Below the pieces are notes generated by a model. It searched no databases, had not been told where the DNA came from, and was given only the letters and a program-made list of their open reading frames with translations. Below, one piece after another: positions 37,004 through 48,782 of a stretch of DNA of 64,000 nucleotides (its first letter is position 1; each line of letters opens with the position of its first letter). This DNA comes from Octopus bimaculoides (Eukaryota), in NCBI RefSeq assembly GCF_001194135.2, contig NC_069008.1:1546890-1610889 (forward strand), written 5' to 3'. Both the position numbers and the translations under genes were made by a program.

Positions 37004-37078
37004 CCAGCAGGCCATGCTATTCCGGACTGATGAAGAGCAATGACTCTGAAACTAGTTTCTGGATGCTGGCTTTGCTGG
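37004..37078 (+). ncRNA. Type-I hammerhead ribozyme motif with extended stem I (HHR-3)
   Basis: Stem I TCCGGA/TCTGGA extended by GGCCA/TGGCT and CCAGCA/TGCTGG; CTGATGA (37027-33); stem II AGAG/CTCT; GAAA (37048-51); palindromic ACTAGT stem III; GUU triplet with predicted cut after 37057. Confidence 0.8.
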
Positions 37079-38736
37079 GTGGAGGCACTTATCTCCACTT
37101 TGAAAACATTAGGACAAAGGAAATGTGTCAAGTCCTACAGGAAACGGTGTTTCCTAGGGCTAAATAACAGTAGCATTCTTCCCTTTTATGGGACTGTCAC
37201 ATTAAGTTGACAACATACTATTAGCAGTACATTTTGTATTCTAAATATAGCTCAAAGAGGAGGGAAAGAGGAAGCAAAAAGACTTTCGGTGATGACCACA
37301 ACGCACCTGTTTTTTTGAAGAGGTCACCATCCTTAAACCCATTCTAATACAATGATAATAACTGGTGAATAGGAAGGGGGGATCCTCCTCTCTCTCTCTC
37401 TCTCTCTCCCTCTCTTTACCTATCTATCTCCCTATATTTCTATCTATCCATCTTCATTGTCAATAGAACCTCACCCCCGCCAAAAAACAACAACAATATN
37501 NNNNNNNNNNNNNNNNNNNNNNNNNNNNNNNNNNNNNNNNNNNNNNNNNNNNNNNNNNNNNNNNNNNNNNNNNNNNNNNNNNNNNNNNNNNNNNNNNNNN
37601 NNNNNNNNNNNNNNNNNNNNNNNNNNNNNNNNNNNNNNNNNNNNNNNNNNNNNNNNNNNNNNNNNNNNNNNNNNNNNNNNNNNNNNNNNNNNNNNNNNNN
37701 NNNNNNNNNNNNNNNNNNNNNNNNNNNNNNNNNNNNNNNNNNNNNNNNNNNNNNNNNNNNNNNNNNNNNNNNNNNNNNNNNNNNNNNNNNNNNNNNNNNN
37801 NNNNNNNNNNNNNNNNNNNNNNNNNNNNNNNNNNNNNNNNNNNNNNNNNNNNNNNNNNNNNNNNNNNNNNNNNNNNNNNNNNNNNNNNNNNNNNNNNNNN
37901 NNNNNNNNNNNNNNNNNNNNNNNNNNNNNNNNNNNNNNNNNNNNNNNNNNNNNNNNNNNNNNNNNNNNNNNNNNNNNNNNNNNNNNNNNNNNNNNNNNNN
38001 NNNNNNNNNNNNNNNNNNNNNNNNNNNNNNNNNNNNNNNNNNNNNNNNNNNNNNNNNNNNNNNNNNNNNNNNNNNNNNNNNNNNNNNNNNNNNNNNNNNN
38101 NNNNNNNNNNNNNNNNNNNNNNNNNNNNNNNNNNNNNNNNNNNNNNNNNNNNNNNNNNNNNNNNNNNNNNNNNNNNNNNNNNNNCTAGCTAGTCGTGAGT
38201 AGAAAACACAAATTTAATATAAAAACATATTTCCTGAAATTGCAAATTATTTAAAATATAAAAATATAATTTTCCACAGAGAGAATTTATCAAAATAGAA
38301 AACAAATGAAGTTTGAAGTTTAAAAATAATAGGATCGACCACTCACGACTAGATAGCGCGGACGCGCGAACTTTCGAGTAATAGATAGATAGATAGATAG
38401 ATAGATAGAGAGACAGACAGACAGACATATAGCTCGCTCCGGCCAGTCATGGTATTAGCTGTCAGTCGCCAAAGAATCGACAGGCATGCAGGCAGACAGA
38501 CAGATACTTCACTAGCAGGCAGCACTTTCACTTCTGACAGCTAATAGCATGATAGTGCCAAAGAAGTATATAAAACATGTTGGTTAACAAATTTCGTTGA
38601 ACGAGTACCATCCGCTTTATGGCATCTACCCAAGCCGTGTACGATCTTTTCGGATCGCGCTGTTCTGTTATACATACACACACACATACCCGCATATACG
38701 TACACACATACATACATACAGGCGTATAAAACAAAT

Positions 38737-38865
38737 GTCACTTCTACGCATGCGCCATAAGAGAACGGACTCCAATTCCGTTCTTTTTTTGTCTCATGTC
38801 TGATATTTCTCATATCTCTGATGCGGTTGTATCCATATTCTCCTTTATAAGACATTTCTGTAAGT
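38737..38865 (+). promoter_or_regulatory. Candidate promoter module of ZNF-F with an NRF1-like site
   Basis: tgtcacttctACGCATGCGC (38746-55), homologous to 44955-44974 and 51848-51868; GTAAGT at 38860. Confidence 0.45.
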
Positions 38866-39125
38866 ATTCAATAGCAAAACTATTATATCCGTTAATATTG
38901 TCTGTTTCCGTCGGCATTAACTGACTCCTCCCCCACCACCATCGCCTCGACGAAACACACTCTTTGATGTTGTCTTTCAGTCATCGATATCGATTCTGTT
39001 TTCTATCATTTTCTCAAATCTCTTTTACTTGTTTCAGTCATTTGACTGCGGCCATGCTGGAGCACCGCCTTTAGTCGAGAAAATCGACCCCAGGACTTAT
39101 TCTTTGGAAGCCTAGTACTTATTCT

Positions 39126-39612
39126 GGTGGAGATGGAGTATATGTAATCTGGGTATACCCCACCCCTTTTAAATTTTGTTTTTTTTACGGAATCCCACGT
39201 TTTAGGCTATGGAGATTCCGATTCTGAAAAAAGATTTTCAAAAATCNNNNNNNNNNNNNNNNNNNNNNNNNNNNNNNNNNNNNNNNNNNNNNNNNNNNNN
39301 NNNNNNNNNNNNNNNNNNNNNNNNNNNNNNNNNNNNNNNNNNNNNNNNNNNNNNNNNNNNNNNNNNNNNNNNNNNNNNNNNNNNNNNNNNNNNNNNNNNN
39401 NNNNNNNNNNNNNNNNNNNNNNNNNNNNNNNNNNNNNNNNNNNNNNNNNNNNNNNNNNNNNNNNNNNNNNNNNNNNNNNNNNNNNNNNNNNNNNNNNNNN
39501 NNNNNNNNNNNNNNNNNNNNNNNNNNNNNNNNNNNNNNNNNNNNNNNNNNNNNNNNNNNAATTATAAATAAGGGGGGGGGAAGGTTCAGATTACATATAG
39601 TCCATCTCTACC
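39126..39612. mobile_element. GG...CC MITE (Merlin-like) inserted in a SINE
   Basis: Long TIRs ggtggagatggagtatatgtaatctg / cagattacatatagtccatctctacc; 8-bp TSD CTTATTCT (39118-25, 39613-20). Confidence 0.85.
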
Positions 39613-39909
39613 CTTATTCTATCTGTCTGTTTTGCCGAACCGCTAGTTTACGGGGACGTAAACACACCAGCATTGGTTGTCAAGCGATGGTGGGGGGACA
39701 AACACAGACACACAGACACACACATATATATATACATATATACGACAGGCTTCTTTCAGTTTCTGTCTACCAAATCCACTCACAAGGCTTTGGTCAGCCC
39801 GAGGCTATAGTAGAAGACACTTGCCCAAGGTGCCACGCAGTGGGACTGAACCCGGAACCATGTGGATCGGTTAGCAAGCTACTTACCACATTTTTTTTTT
39901 CTATTTCTT

Positions 39910-40320
39910 GTTGATCTTTATCTTTTACTTGTTTCAGTCATTTTGCACTGCGGCCATGCTGGAGCACCGCCTTGAAGGATTTAGTCGAACAAATTGACTC
40001 TAGGACTTATTTTATAAAACCTGATACTTATTCTGTCGGAAAATGTTGCCGAACCGCTATGTTACGGGGACGTAAACACGCTAACGCTGGTTGCCGAGCA
40101 GTGGTGGGGGACGAACACTGACACAAAGGCATACACCCACACAGTAATATAAATATATATACGACGGGCTTCTTTCAGTTTCCGTCTACCAAATCAACTC
40201 GGAAGACTTTGGTCGGCCCCAGGCTATAAAAGAAGATACTTGCCCAAGGTGCCATGCAGTGGGACTGAACGCGCGACGATGTGGTTGGGAAGCAGGCTTC
40301 TTACCGCAAAGCCACCCTGA
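39910..40320 (-). mobile_element. tRNA-derived SINE family 2 (next to a second copy at 39020-39890)
   Basis: Reverse complement of the 47060-47450 copy. Confidence 0.8.
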
Positions 40321-40878
40321 AACTAATTTACACAAGAATAAGGTTGTTGATTTCTATTGCCTAAAATCTAGACCATTCTCTAAAATCCCTATTTGATAGG
40401 GATAAGTTCATTAACTCCATTAAAAAATTATATCGCTAAGATGTAATATTGTTGTATCTTCTACTATTTAAATATTTTCTGTATCTTATACCGTTGTTTC
40501 ATTCTTTTTTCAGCTTATCAAATGACATTTGTGATTCAAGGATTGCTTACATGAGATATATCATCAGTATTTAACATCTTTTGAAGATTAAAAGAAAATG
40601 TTTTACAGAAATGATATGATCCAGATTATATAAACCTGTGATGAATTACAGTAAAATATTTCATTTGAACAGAGGTGAATAGCAACATTTTTCTTGCAAC
40701 ATTTAGATGATACATTAAGCTTGGACACATTAGCGAAGAAGTTTTTAGCTGCTTCGAATATCAACAAAGATCAGAGATGATGGGAGTATAGTTGTAGAAA
40801 TATTTGTTAAAAATAAATGTATAACTGAAAAGAAAAAAAAAAATTAAAGATCTCTGTTATAATGAAAGTAGAAAAATT

Positions 40879-41994
40879 ATGGAACATACGTTATGTGAGA
40901 AGAAAGATGAATTTAAAACACAATGTAAAACTATTAATTTTCCTGATGATATAAAGAAAGAGAAAAAGAAAACACCTTATCAATGTGACATCTGTGGTAA
41001 ATCGTTCTCTGACAAATGGCTTCTCACTAATCACAAACGTATTCACACAGGAGAGAAACCATATCACTGTGATATTTGTGGTAAATCATTCTCTCAAAGT
41101 AGTTACTTAATTGTTCATGTACGCATCCACACTGGAGAGAAACCATATCACTGTGATATCTGTAGTAAATCATTCTCTGATAAAGGAGCTCTCACTAATC
41201 ACAAACGTATTCATACAGGAGAGAGACCACATCATTGCGATATCTGTGGTAAATCATTCTCCCAAAGGAGCAACTTAATTGTCCACATACGTATTCATAC
41301 AGGAGAGAAGCCATTTCACTGTGATATCTGTGGTAAATCTTTCTCTGTAGGAAGTAGCTTGACTAAACACAAACGCATTCATACAGGAGAGAAACCATAT
41401 CACTGTGATGTCTGTGATAAGTCTTTTTCTGGAAGTAGTGATTTGACTCTTCATAAACGCTTTCACACAGGTGACAAGCCATATCAGTGTGATATCTGTG
41501 GTAAATCATTCTCACAAAATACACACTTAACTGAACATAGACGTATTCACACTGGAGAAAAACCGTATCAATGTGATATCTGTGGTAAATCATTCTCTGA
41601 AAGTAGTCCCTTAACTCTTCATAAACGCATTCACACAGGGGAGAAACCATATCACTGTGATATCTGTGGTAAATCATTCTCCCGAAGTAGTGAATTATCT
41701 AGTCACAAACGTATTCATACAGGAGAGAAACTATATCTCTGTGATATTTGTGGTAAATCTTTCTCTCACTCAAATACCTTAACTACTCACAAATATATTC
41801 ATACTGGAGAGAGACCCTATCACTGTGATATCTGTGGTAAATCATCCTCAACATCTGGTCAATTTGCTATTCATAAACGTCTCCATACAGGTGAGAAACC
41901 ATATAACTGTAATATCTGTGGTAAATCATTCTCCAAGTCTGCTCAATTCGCTATGCACAAGTGTATTCATACAGAAGAAAAACCATATCACTGA
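40879..41994 (+). CDS. C2H2 zinc-finger protein ZNF-F (12 fingers, subfamily 2)
   Basis: 371-aa ORF; leader [29 protein letters not shown]; candidate acceptor ttcAG at 40512-13. Confidence 0.93.
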   Translation: MEHTLCEKKDEFKTQCKTINFPDDIKKEKKKTPYQCDICGKSFSDKWLLTNHKRIHTGEKPYHCDICGKSFSQSSYLIVHVRIHTGEKPYHCDICSKSFSDKGALTNHKRIHTGERPHHCDICGKSFSQRSNLIVHIRIHTGEKPFHCDICGKSFSVGSSLTKHKRIHTGEKPYHCDVCDKSFSGSSDLTLHKRFHTGDKPYQCDICGKSFSQNTHLTEHRRIHTGEKPYQCDICGKSFSESSPLTLHKRIHTGEKPYHCDICGKSFSRSSELSSHKRIHTGEKLYLCDICGKSFSHSNTLTTHKYIHTGERPYHCDICGKSSSTSGQFAIHKRLHTGEKPYNCNICGKSFSKSAQFAMHKCIHTEEKPYH

Positions 41995-42084
41995 CAACTG
42001 TGGTAAATACTTCTCTAAAGAAGGCCACTTAATTACACATACATGTATTAATACAGAGTAGTGACTGTATCATTGTCAATGTCC

Positions 42085-42450
42085 ATCATCTTCATCTAAC
42101 ATCTGTTTTCCATGCTGGCATGGGATGGACGGCTTGAAAAGAACTGGCAAGATCAGGGGCTGCACCAAGCTGCATAGTCTATTTTAGTTTGGTTTCTATG
42201 GCTGCTGCAAAGTGGTTAACATTAGCATGAGCATTGGTGCCACATAAAAAGCATCCATGCCAGTGCTGCATAAAAGCATCCAGTACATTCTGTGAAGTGG
42301 TTGGTGTTAGGAAGGGCATCAAGCTGTAGAAACCATGCCAAGACAGACATGGCATGTGAACAGCCCTTCAGCTGGTCAACTGTAAAACCGTCCAACTCAT
42401 GCCAGCATGGAAAATAGATGTTAAATAATGATGATGATCATCATCATCAT
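42085..42450. mobile_element. Adjacent antisense (42085-42205) and sense (42205-42450) SINEs downstream of ZNF-F
   Basis: ttttccatgctggcatgggatggacgg pairs with ccgtccaactcatgccagcatggaaaa. Confidence 0.75.
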
Positions 42451-43567
42451 TATCATCCTCCTATCAGAAAATCTCTGCAAAAGCTGACAGTGCAGCCTGG
42501 CGTAGTGCTGTGGCTCACCTGATCCTGTCAAACAGTCCAGCCCTTACCAGCATGGAAAACGGGCATCAGATTGATGACGATATAGTACTTATAAAATACC
42601 AAGGTTAAAAATATTAATCTTAATCAGCAATTCATTAAAATCCATCTCATAAGATAAACATGGTATATAACCATAAGCATGGCTCAGTGGTTAGGGCATT
42701 GAGCTTACAATTGTGAGGTTGTGAGTTCAATTCCTGAACAGACTGTGTATTGTGTTATTGAAGAAGATATTTTATTTCACGTTGCTCCAGTTTTACTTAG
42801 CTGTAGCAATGAGTTGTTGCATCACCGGTGCCTAGTTGTATCAGCCTTTGCTTTTCTTTTTGACAACATCAGTGGCGTGGAAAGGGGAGATGGGTGATGG
42901 TTTTCCACAAATAACTTTGCCTGGACTTGTGCCTTGGAGGGGAACTTTCTATGTGCAATCCCATGGTCATTTTTGACTAAAGGGGGGATCTTTACTAACC
43001 ATAAAACCCTTTCTTTTAATGTTTAATTTATCTCCCAGCATAAAACTACCTTTGCTTCTAGGGGATCTTATTCATGCCAGATGCACAGTAACTTTGCTAG
43101 TGCTGATGTCATGAACGGAGCACCCAGCTGAAGACATTGGCACTTAAAGCAGTCATTGGACTTGTCAGATCCTGTCAAATTGTCCAACGCGTACCACTAT
43201 GGAAGATCAATGTTAAGAGACAGAGATTCTGAAGAATTGATTCTGGAAAGAAGATATAACAGTGTATGATATTAATCTCCCAATATATTTTCTATAACTG
43301 TATCTGTATTGGTGAGATAACTTCTGTAATATTTCTAATAAAATAATTTCTTTAACATATTTATATATATATATTTCATGTTAGATATTTTCTGAAGAGA
43401 GAAGAGATGCCATTGGTTTCATTGACATTGTGAATACAATAAAGGATAACATCACTGTACAGTTATTGTGTTGGAAATAAACAGTTAGAGACTCTGTTGT
43501 ATTCTGATTATATGTATGAGAATATCTTCTTTGTGTATGTCTATCTATCTATCTATCTATCTATATA

Positions 43568-43735
43568 CTTTATTTAAAAGCAGCAGAAATATAACAAAAG
43601 ACTGTTACTCTGAGTTTCACGTTCCCGTTCATCGCACAGTTTTGTTAGAAATTTCTAACAAAACTGTCCGATGAACGGGAACGTGAAACTCAGAGTAACA
43701 GTCTTTTGTTATATTTCTGCTGCTTTTAAATAAAG
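43568..43735. repeat. 168-bp loopless palindrome
   Basis: 84-bp arms centred at 43651/43652 with one mismatch (43635 vs 43668); the arms resemble the inverted ends of 15045-15340. Confidence 0.95.
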
Positions 43736-43858
43736 CATATTACTCTACCTCTGGTATTTGAGTACTCTTTTTTCTACCTTGTTGCACATTTTATGTGCTT
43801 ACTCCAGTATATATATATATATATTACTAATTGACGATTCCCTGCCCTTATTCTTGTG

Positions 43859-43905
<47 letters not shown>

Positions 43906-44012
43906 ATGTATGTATGTATATATAGTTGAAATTTACAGAAAAACAAAAGACAAAGACAAGTGTATGAACAACAAGCAGGTGTATTAGTTTGACATTCGGG
44001 AAAGTGGGAAAG

Positions 44013-44050
44013 CCTTTTACGTTTCGAGCCTACGCTCTTCAACAGAAAGG
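44013..44050 (-). ncRNA. Minimal hammerhead variant with a CUGUUGA core (HHR-4)
   Basis: Minus strand: CCTTT CTGTTGA A GAGC gtag GCTC GAAA CG TA AAAGG. Stems I and II are perfect, the ACGU palindrome and GUA triplet are present, and A6 is replaced by U. Confidence 0.6.
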
Positions 44051-44954
44051 AATAAGAGAAAATAAACAGAGAGAATAAAAAACTTGTGGAACAAGCATGG
44101 TGACTGGTTATAAACTTATAAAAAATCATGTGGCTATGTGTGTGTATATACATATATACATACATGCACATGCATATATATGAGTGTATGTGTATAGGTA
44201 TTTTGTTTTCATTTCATTTCTCATCTCTACTTTATTACACTGTGTAACAAAATTTAATTTTTTTTTTTTTTGTCTTTGGTCAGTAAGGGTTATTTCCTAT
44301 TTGCTTCTGCCTAGAAATCAAAGGAAATGTCTACTATTCCCTTCAAACTTTGCCTTTGTCACCTGGACATCAATATTTTGAAACTGATCTATTTTCCCAT
44401 TACATTTCAGACAGGTTCAGCACGGAGTTGCATTATAGCAATCACTTTTTTTCTTTTTAATTATCTCTACAGATTTTCTAGAGAAATTAAAGCTACATTT
44501 GAAAGTTACAACGATGCGTTTACGAATACGTCGATGGAAACAATACGATCGAAAATAGAAAAATAAGCATTTCAGTTTCCGTCTATCAAATCTATTGACA
44601 AGGCTCTGGTCAGCACTGGGCCATAGAAGACCCTTGTCCAATGTGCTACGCAGAGGGACTGAGCCTAAGACCACATAGTTTGGAAGCAAGCTTCTTAACT
44701 ATGCAGCCACAGCCACGTCTATATTGATAACATGAATTCATTAAGAATTTATTTTGTATGCTGTTTAATATAGCTTTATTCGTCTTTCGTGTTCAAATAC
44801 ATACGAATGACTTCTATGAGTTATTTCCCTTTGGGCACCGTTATTTCACTTATGTGTATGTATGTGCGTATGCATGTTAATACACATACAGACAGGCATC
44901 TGTATGTGTATGTTATATATTATACGTGTGTGTATGTATGTATGTATGTATGTA

Positions 44955-45239
44955 TGTCACGTCCGCGCATGCGCAATAATCCTCGATTTCACTTCCAAAC
45001 CAGTTTTTCTTCCTTGTTTGTGTTATGTCTCTCTTCCAGCAATATTCACCTTTATAAAACATTTCCGTATTTAATAACGAAACCACTTATATCTGTCCGT
45101 ATTGTATGTTTTTGTCAACATTAACTGACTTATCACCCAACCCTCCATCGCACGATATAACCGGAAAAATTGAATGATTCCAACCAAACATCAATATTAA
45201 ATAATTGCCGGATAATCGAGAAAGCTCTCTCAAGTAAGT
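44955..45239 (+). promoter_or_regulatory. Candidate promoter and first non-coding exon of ZNF-G
   Basis: Perfect palindrome GCGCATGCGC (44965-74, NRF1 consensus), CpG-containing block, GTAAGT donor at 45234; conserved at 51848-52136. Confidence 0.55.
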
Positions 45240-45290
45240 CGCAATTTTTCCGGAAATTTTTTTTCTTTTGTTATTTCTCAAAATAGTTTC

Positions 45291-45811
45291 GGTAGAGATG
45301 GACTATATGTAATCTGAACCTTTCCCCCCCTTATTTATTAATTTTTTTTTTTACGGAATCCCACGTTTTAGGCTATGGAGATTCCGATTCTGAAAAAAAA
45401 ATTTTTGAAAAATTTTTTCCAGAATCGGATTCTCCATGGTCTGAAACATAGGATTCCGTAAAAAAAACAAAATTTAAAAGTTANNNNNNNNNNNNNNNNN
45501 NNNNNNNNNNNNNNNNNNNNNNNNNNNNNNNNNNNNNNNNNNNNNNNNNNNNNNNNNNNNNNNNNNNNNNNNNNNNNNNNNNNNNNNNNNNNNNNNNNNN
45601 NNNNNNNNNNNNNNNNNNNNNNNNNNNNNNNNNNNNNNNNNNNNNNNNNNNNNNNNNNNNNNNNNNNNNNNNNNNNNNAATTTTGAAATTGAGATTTTTG
45701 AAAAATTTTTTCCAGAATCGGATTCTCCATGGTCTGAAACATAGGATTCCGTAAAAAAAACAAAATTTAAAAGTTATGGTATACCCAGATTACATATACT
45801 CCATCTCCACC
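45291..45811. mobile_element. GG...CC MITE (Merlin-like), same family as 39126-39612 in opposite orientation
   Basis: 8-bp TSD ATAGTTTC (45283-90, 45812-19). Confidence 0.85.
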
Positions 45812-46228
45812 ATAGTTTCTTTTTGTGTGTGTGTGTGGCAGTCCACTGCTTTTGGTCTCTGAAAACTGAAGGTATTTGTTCGCCAACTTTCATATAGAAT
45901 TTTTTGTTTCTTTAATGTTTATTTTTTGCAGCTGATCAGTGAAAAACACGGTCGCGCACACACGTTCATTGTTTTTAATTTGCACGAGCGACTTGAACAG
46001 CGACGCACAGAGGCCAACACACTCTTGTACAGACACTCACTCACACACACATGTGCAGATACACATACAGACGTAAAAGTACGTTTTATTTTTTCACGAA
46101 TTCATTATTTTTATGTCATCTCTGTCATATCCTCTACGAAGGATATGTGGCGCATTGTTGTATTCGAGAGGATCTGCCCCTCAACAGAATTGAGATCCTA
46201 AAAGCCAAGGGTGCACATTGGGATTAAA

Positions 46229-46395
46229 CACTGAGGGGAAACCGCTGTAACTTTTTTTTATTTTTTCATTTTGGCGATTTTCCCTTTCGAATTCTACATA
46301 TCACGGTCATGCGATTCCCCCTATAAAATTTTTTTTTACCATCCCCCCCGCCAAAATGAAAAAATAAAAAAAGTTACAGCGGTTTTCCCTCAGTG
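46229..46395. mobile_element. MITE with CACTG termini (CACTA/EnSpm-like)
   Basis: TIRs cactgaggggaaaccgctgtaac / gttacagcggttttccctcagtg; no clean TSD seen. Confidence 0.55.
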
Positions 46396-46899
46396 TCTAA
46401 TCCTAATGTGCACCAAGCCGAGATTCCATGTAGAAAGCATTAGCGTGGGAGCTAATGCCATGTAAAAAGCACGGGTGATGGTGCCACATAAAAACGCACC
46501 TAGAACACTCCGTGGGGTGTTTGGCGTTAAAAAGAGCATCCAGTCGTAGAAAACAAACCAAAATAAACTATTGAACCACGTGCAGCCTCTGACCATACCA
46601 GTTGCTGTCGAGCCGTCCAACCGATGCCAGCATGGAAAACCGGCATTAAATGATAGTGGTGATTAATAAGAACTGTGAATCACTTAACTGAAATATGTAG
46701 AGAGTGCTTTGGTATTCAGAACACGGCAGGGGTTAAGAACACTTACATCACCCGTTCTCAGTATAACAAAAACCCTAACCCTAAACACAGGGTGTATGTA
46801 TTCTTTACTTTCACCCAGAACGAAATACAGAAACTTAAGTGAACCAAGTGCACTGGAATTATTACTAATGCTCTTGGTCCATATTTGAAAGAATTGTTA

Positions 46900-47605
46900 A
46901 AAATTGTCTTAGGAAAAGACAAGTAGAGTTTAATTATAATTAAATTGTAATCTCGGTAGATTTATCAATAAATATTGATAGATTTATCAAGATTTCTGTC
47001 ACCAAATTGCTGGAAATTATATATTCAGATCTTTGAAAAAAATTTTTTAAATTTGTGGTGTGTCTAGGTGCAGGCTTGGCTGTGTGGTAAGAAACTTGTT
47101 TCCCAACCACATGGTTCTGGGTTCAGTCCCACTGCGTAGCACCTTGGGCAAGTTTCTTCTACTATAGCCTGGGACTGACCAAGACTTTGTGAGTGGATAT
47201 GGTAGACAGAAACTGAACAGAAGCCCATCATTTATACATATATGTTTGTGTGTCTGTGTTTGTCCACCACCGCTATTACTTGACAACCAATGTTGGTGTG
47301 TTTACACCCCGTAGCTTAGCGGTTTGGCAATAGAGAACGATAAAATAAGTGCCAGGCTTACAAAAAATAAGTCCTGGGGTTCATTTCAACTAAAAGGCAG
47401 TGCTCTAGCATGGCTGCAGTCAAATGACAAACGAGTAAAAGTAAAAGAATAAAAGAATATTTTGACTTAGTTGAATTGCAAGAATGCAATGCTAATAAAA
47501 TAAGGTGTGCATTTAAAGAATGCTTAAAAGAGCAGGACTTTGATTTGCAAAATCTGGTTGCATTAGATGCAGACAATGCATCAGTCATGACTGGTGTAAA
47601 GCAAT
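46900..47605 (+). mobile_element. hAT transposase remnant interrupted by a family-2 SINE (47060-47450)
   Basis: ...ISVTKLLEII / FDLVELQECNANKIRCAFKECLKEQDFDLQNLVALDADNASVMTGV; the paralogous remnant at 53460-53630 reads SLIIDESTEISVPKLL (hAT DESTD and TDNAS motifs). Confidence 0.75.
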
Positions 47606-47624
47606 GGTATATATGCCATATTAA

Positions 47625-47899
47625 CCCATTACCTCCCATAATTCTATTAACTGGAATTTTTTTATGGAACTTTGATTTCTAGCATAAAACAGCCTTAGAA
47701 ACATGCTGGAATGATCAAAATAACATTTTAAATAGAAATAAGTGAGATATTGGGTGAAAAATTAGCAAACCTCATTTGAATATCAGAGAAATATACCTAG
47801 TAGATATAACAAAAAGGTTAGATATGTGTAAATATTGACAGATAATTACGAAATTTGTAATTTTTAAGTGATCTCATGAGATCACTGGTAGGTAATGGG
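47625..47899. mobile_element. piggyBac-like MITE
   Basis: TTAA TSD (47621-24, 47900-03); CCC...GGG ends; 13-bp TIR cccattacctccc / ggtaggtaatggg. Confidence 0.85.
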
Positions 47900-48782
47900 T
47901 TAAGGAGAAATTTCTCATCTGATACTTGAAAGACGTGTTTGTCATTCCTTCCACCTTACTGTATCACATGCTGCACCTGAATATTTTCCAAGAAATTGAG
48001 ATTTTGTGATAAAAGAAACCTACAGCTGGTTCTCATATTAATCAGTATGTCAAGCAAAATGTAAACACCATTTTTACCACAATAAAGGAGGGAAAACAGT
48101 TGTTAAAGCTTGTTCAATCTAGTGTGACAAGATGTGGTGTAGTTAAATAATTATATCTACAGTTTACTTGTATGGCGATGTGGTAATGTTGTTGTATCTC
48201 TTCTTTCTCTTATACTGCTTTTTTTCCTATCCTTATTTCAGATTATCAAATGACATTTGTGGTTATAGGATTGCTTACAGCAGAATCATCATACATCATC
48301 AATATTGATCATCTTTTGAAGATTACTTAAGTGATATAATCTGCTTATATAAATCTCTGGTGAATTAGTGAAATATTTCTTCTGAATGGTGATTAATAGC
48401 AAAATTTTTTCTTGGAATGTTTAGATGATAAAACTAAACTTGGACAAATTTACAAAGGAGTTTTCAGCCTCTTCAAATCTCAACATAGATCAGAATTGAT
48501 GAAAATATAACAGCAGAAATATTTGTTACAAATAATATGTGAGTGAGGAGAAAAATAGAATAAACATATTTATTTAAGTGTGACTGTGTGGTAAGAAGTT
48601 TGCTTCCCAACGACATGGTTCCAGGTTTAGTCCCACTGTGTGGCACTTTGAGCAAGTAATTTCTACTGTAGCCCGAGGCCAACCAAAGCCTTCATTTGAC
48701 TAAAACCCCACAAGGCAGTGCCTCAGCATGACTTCTGTCCAATGTCTGAAACAAATGATATTTTAGCAAGAGAAGAAAAATT

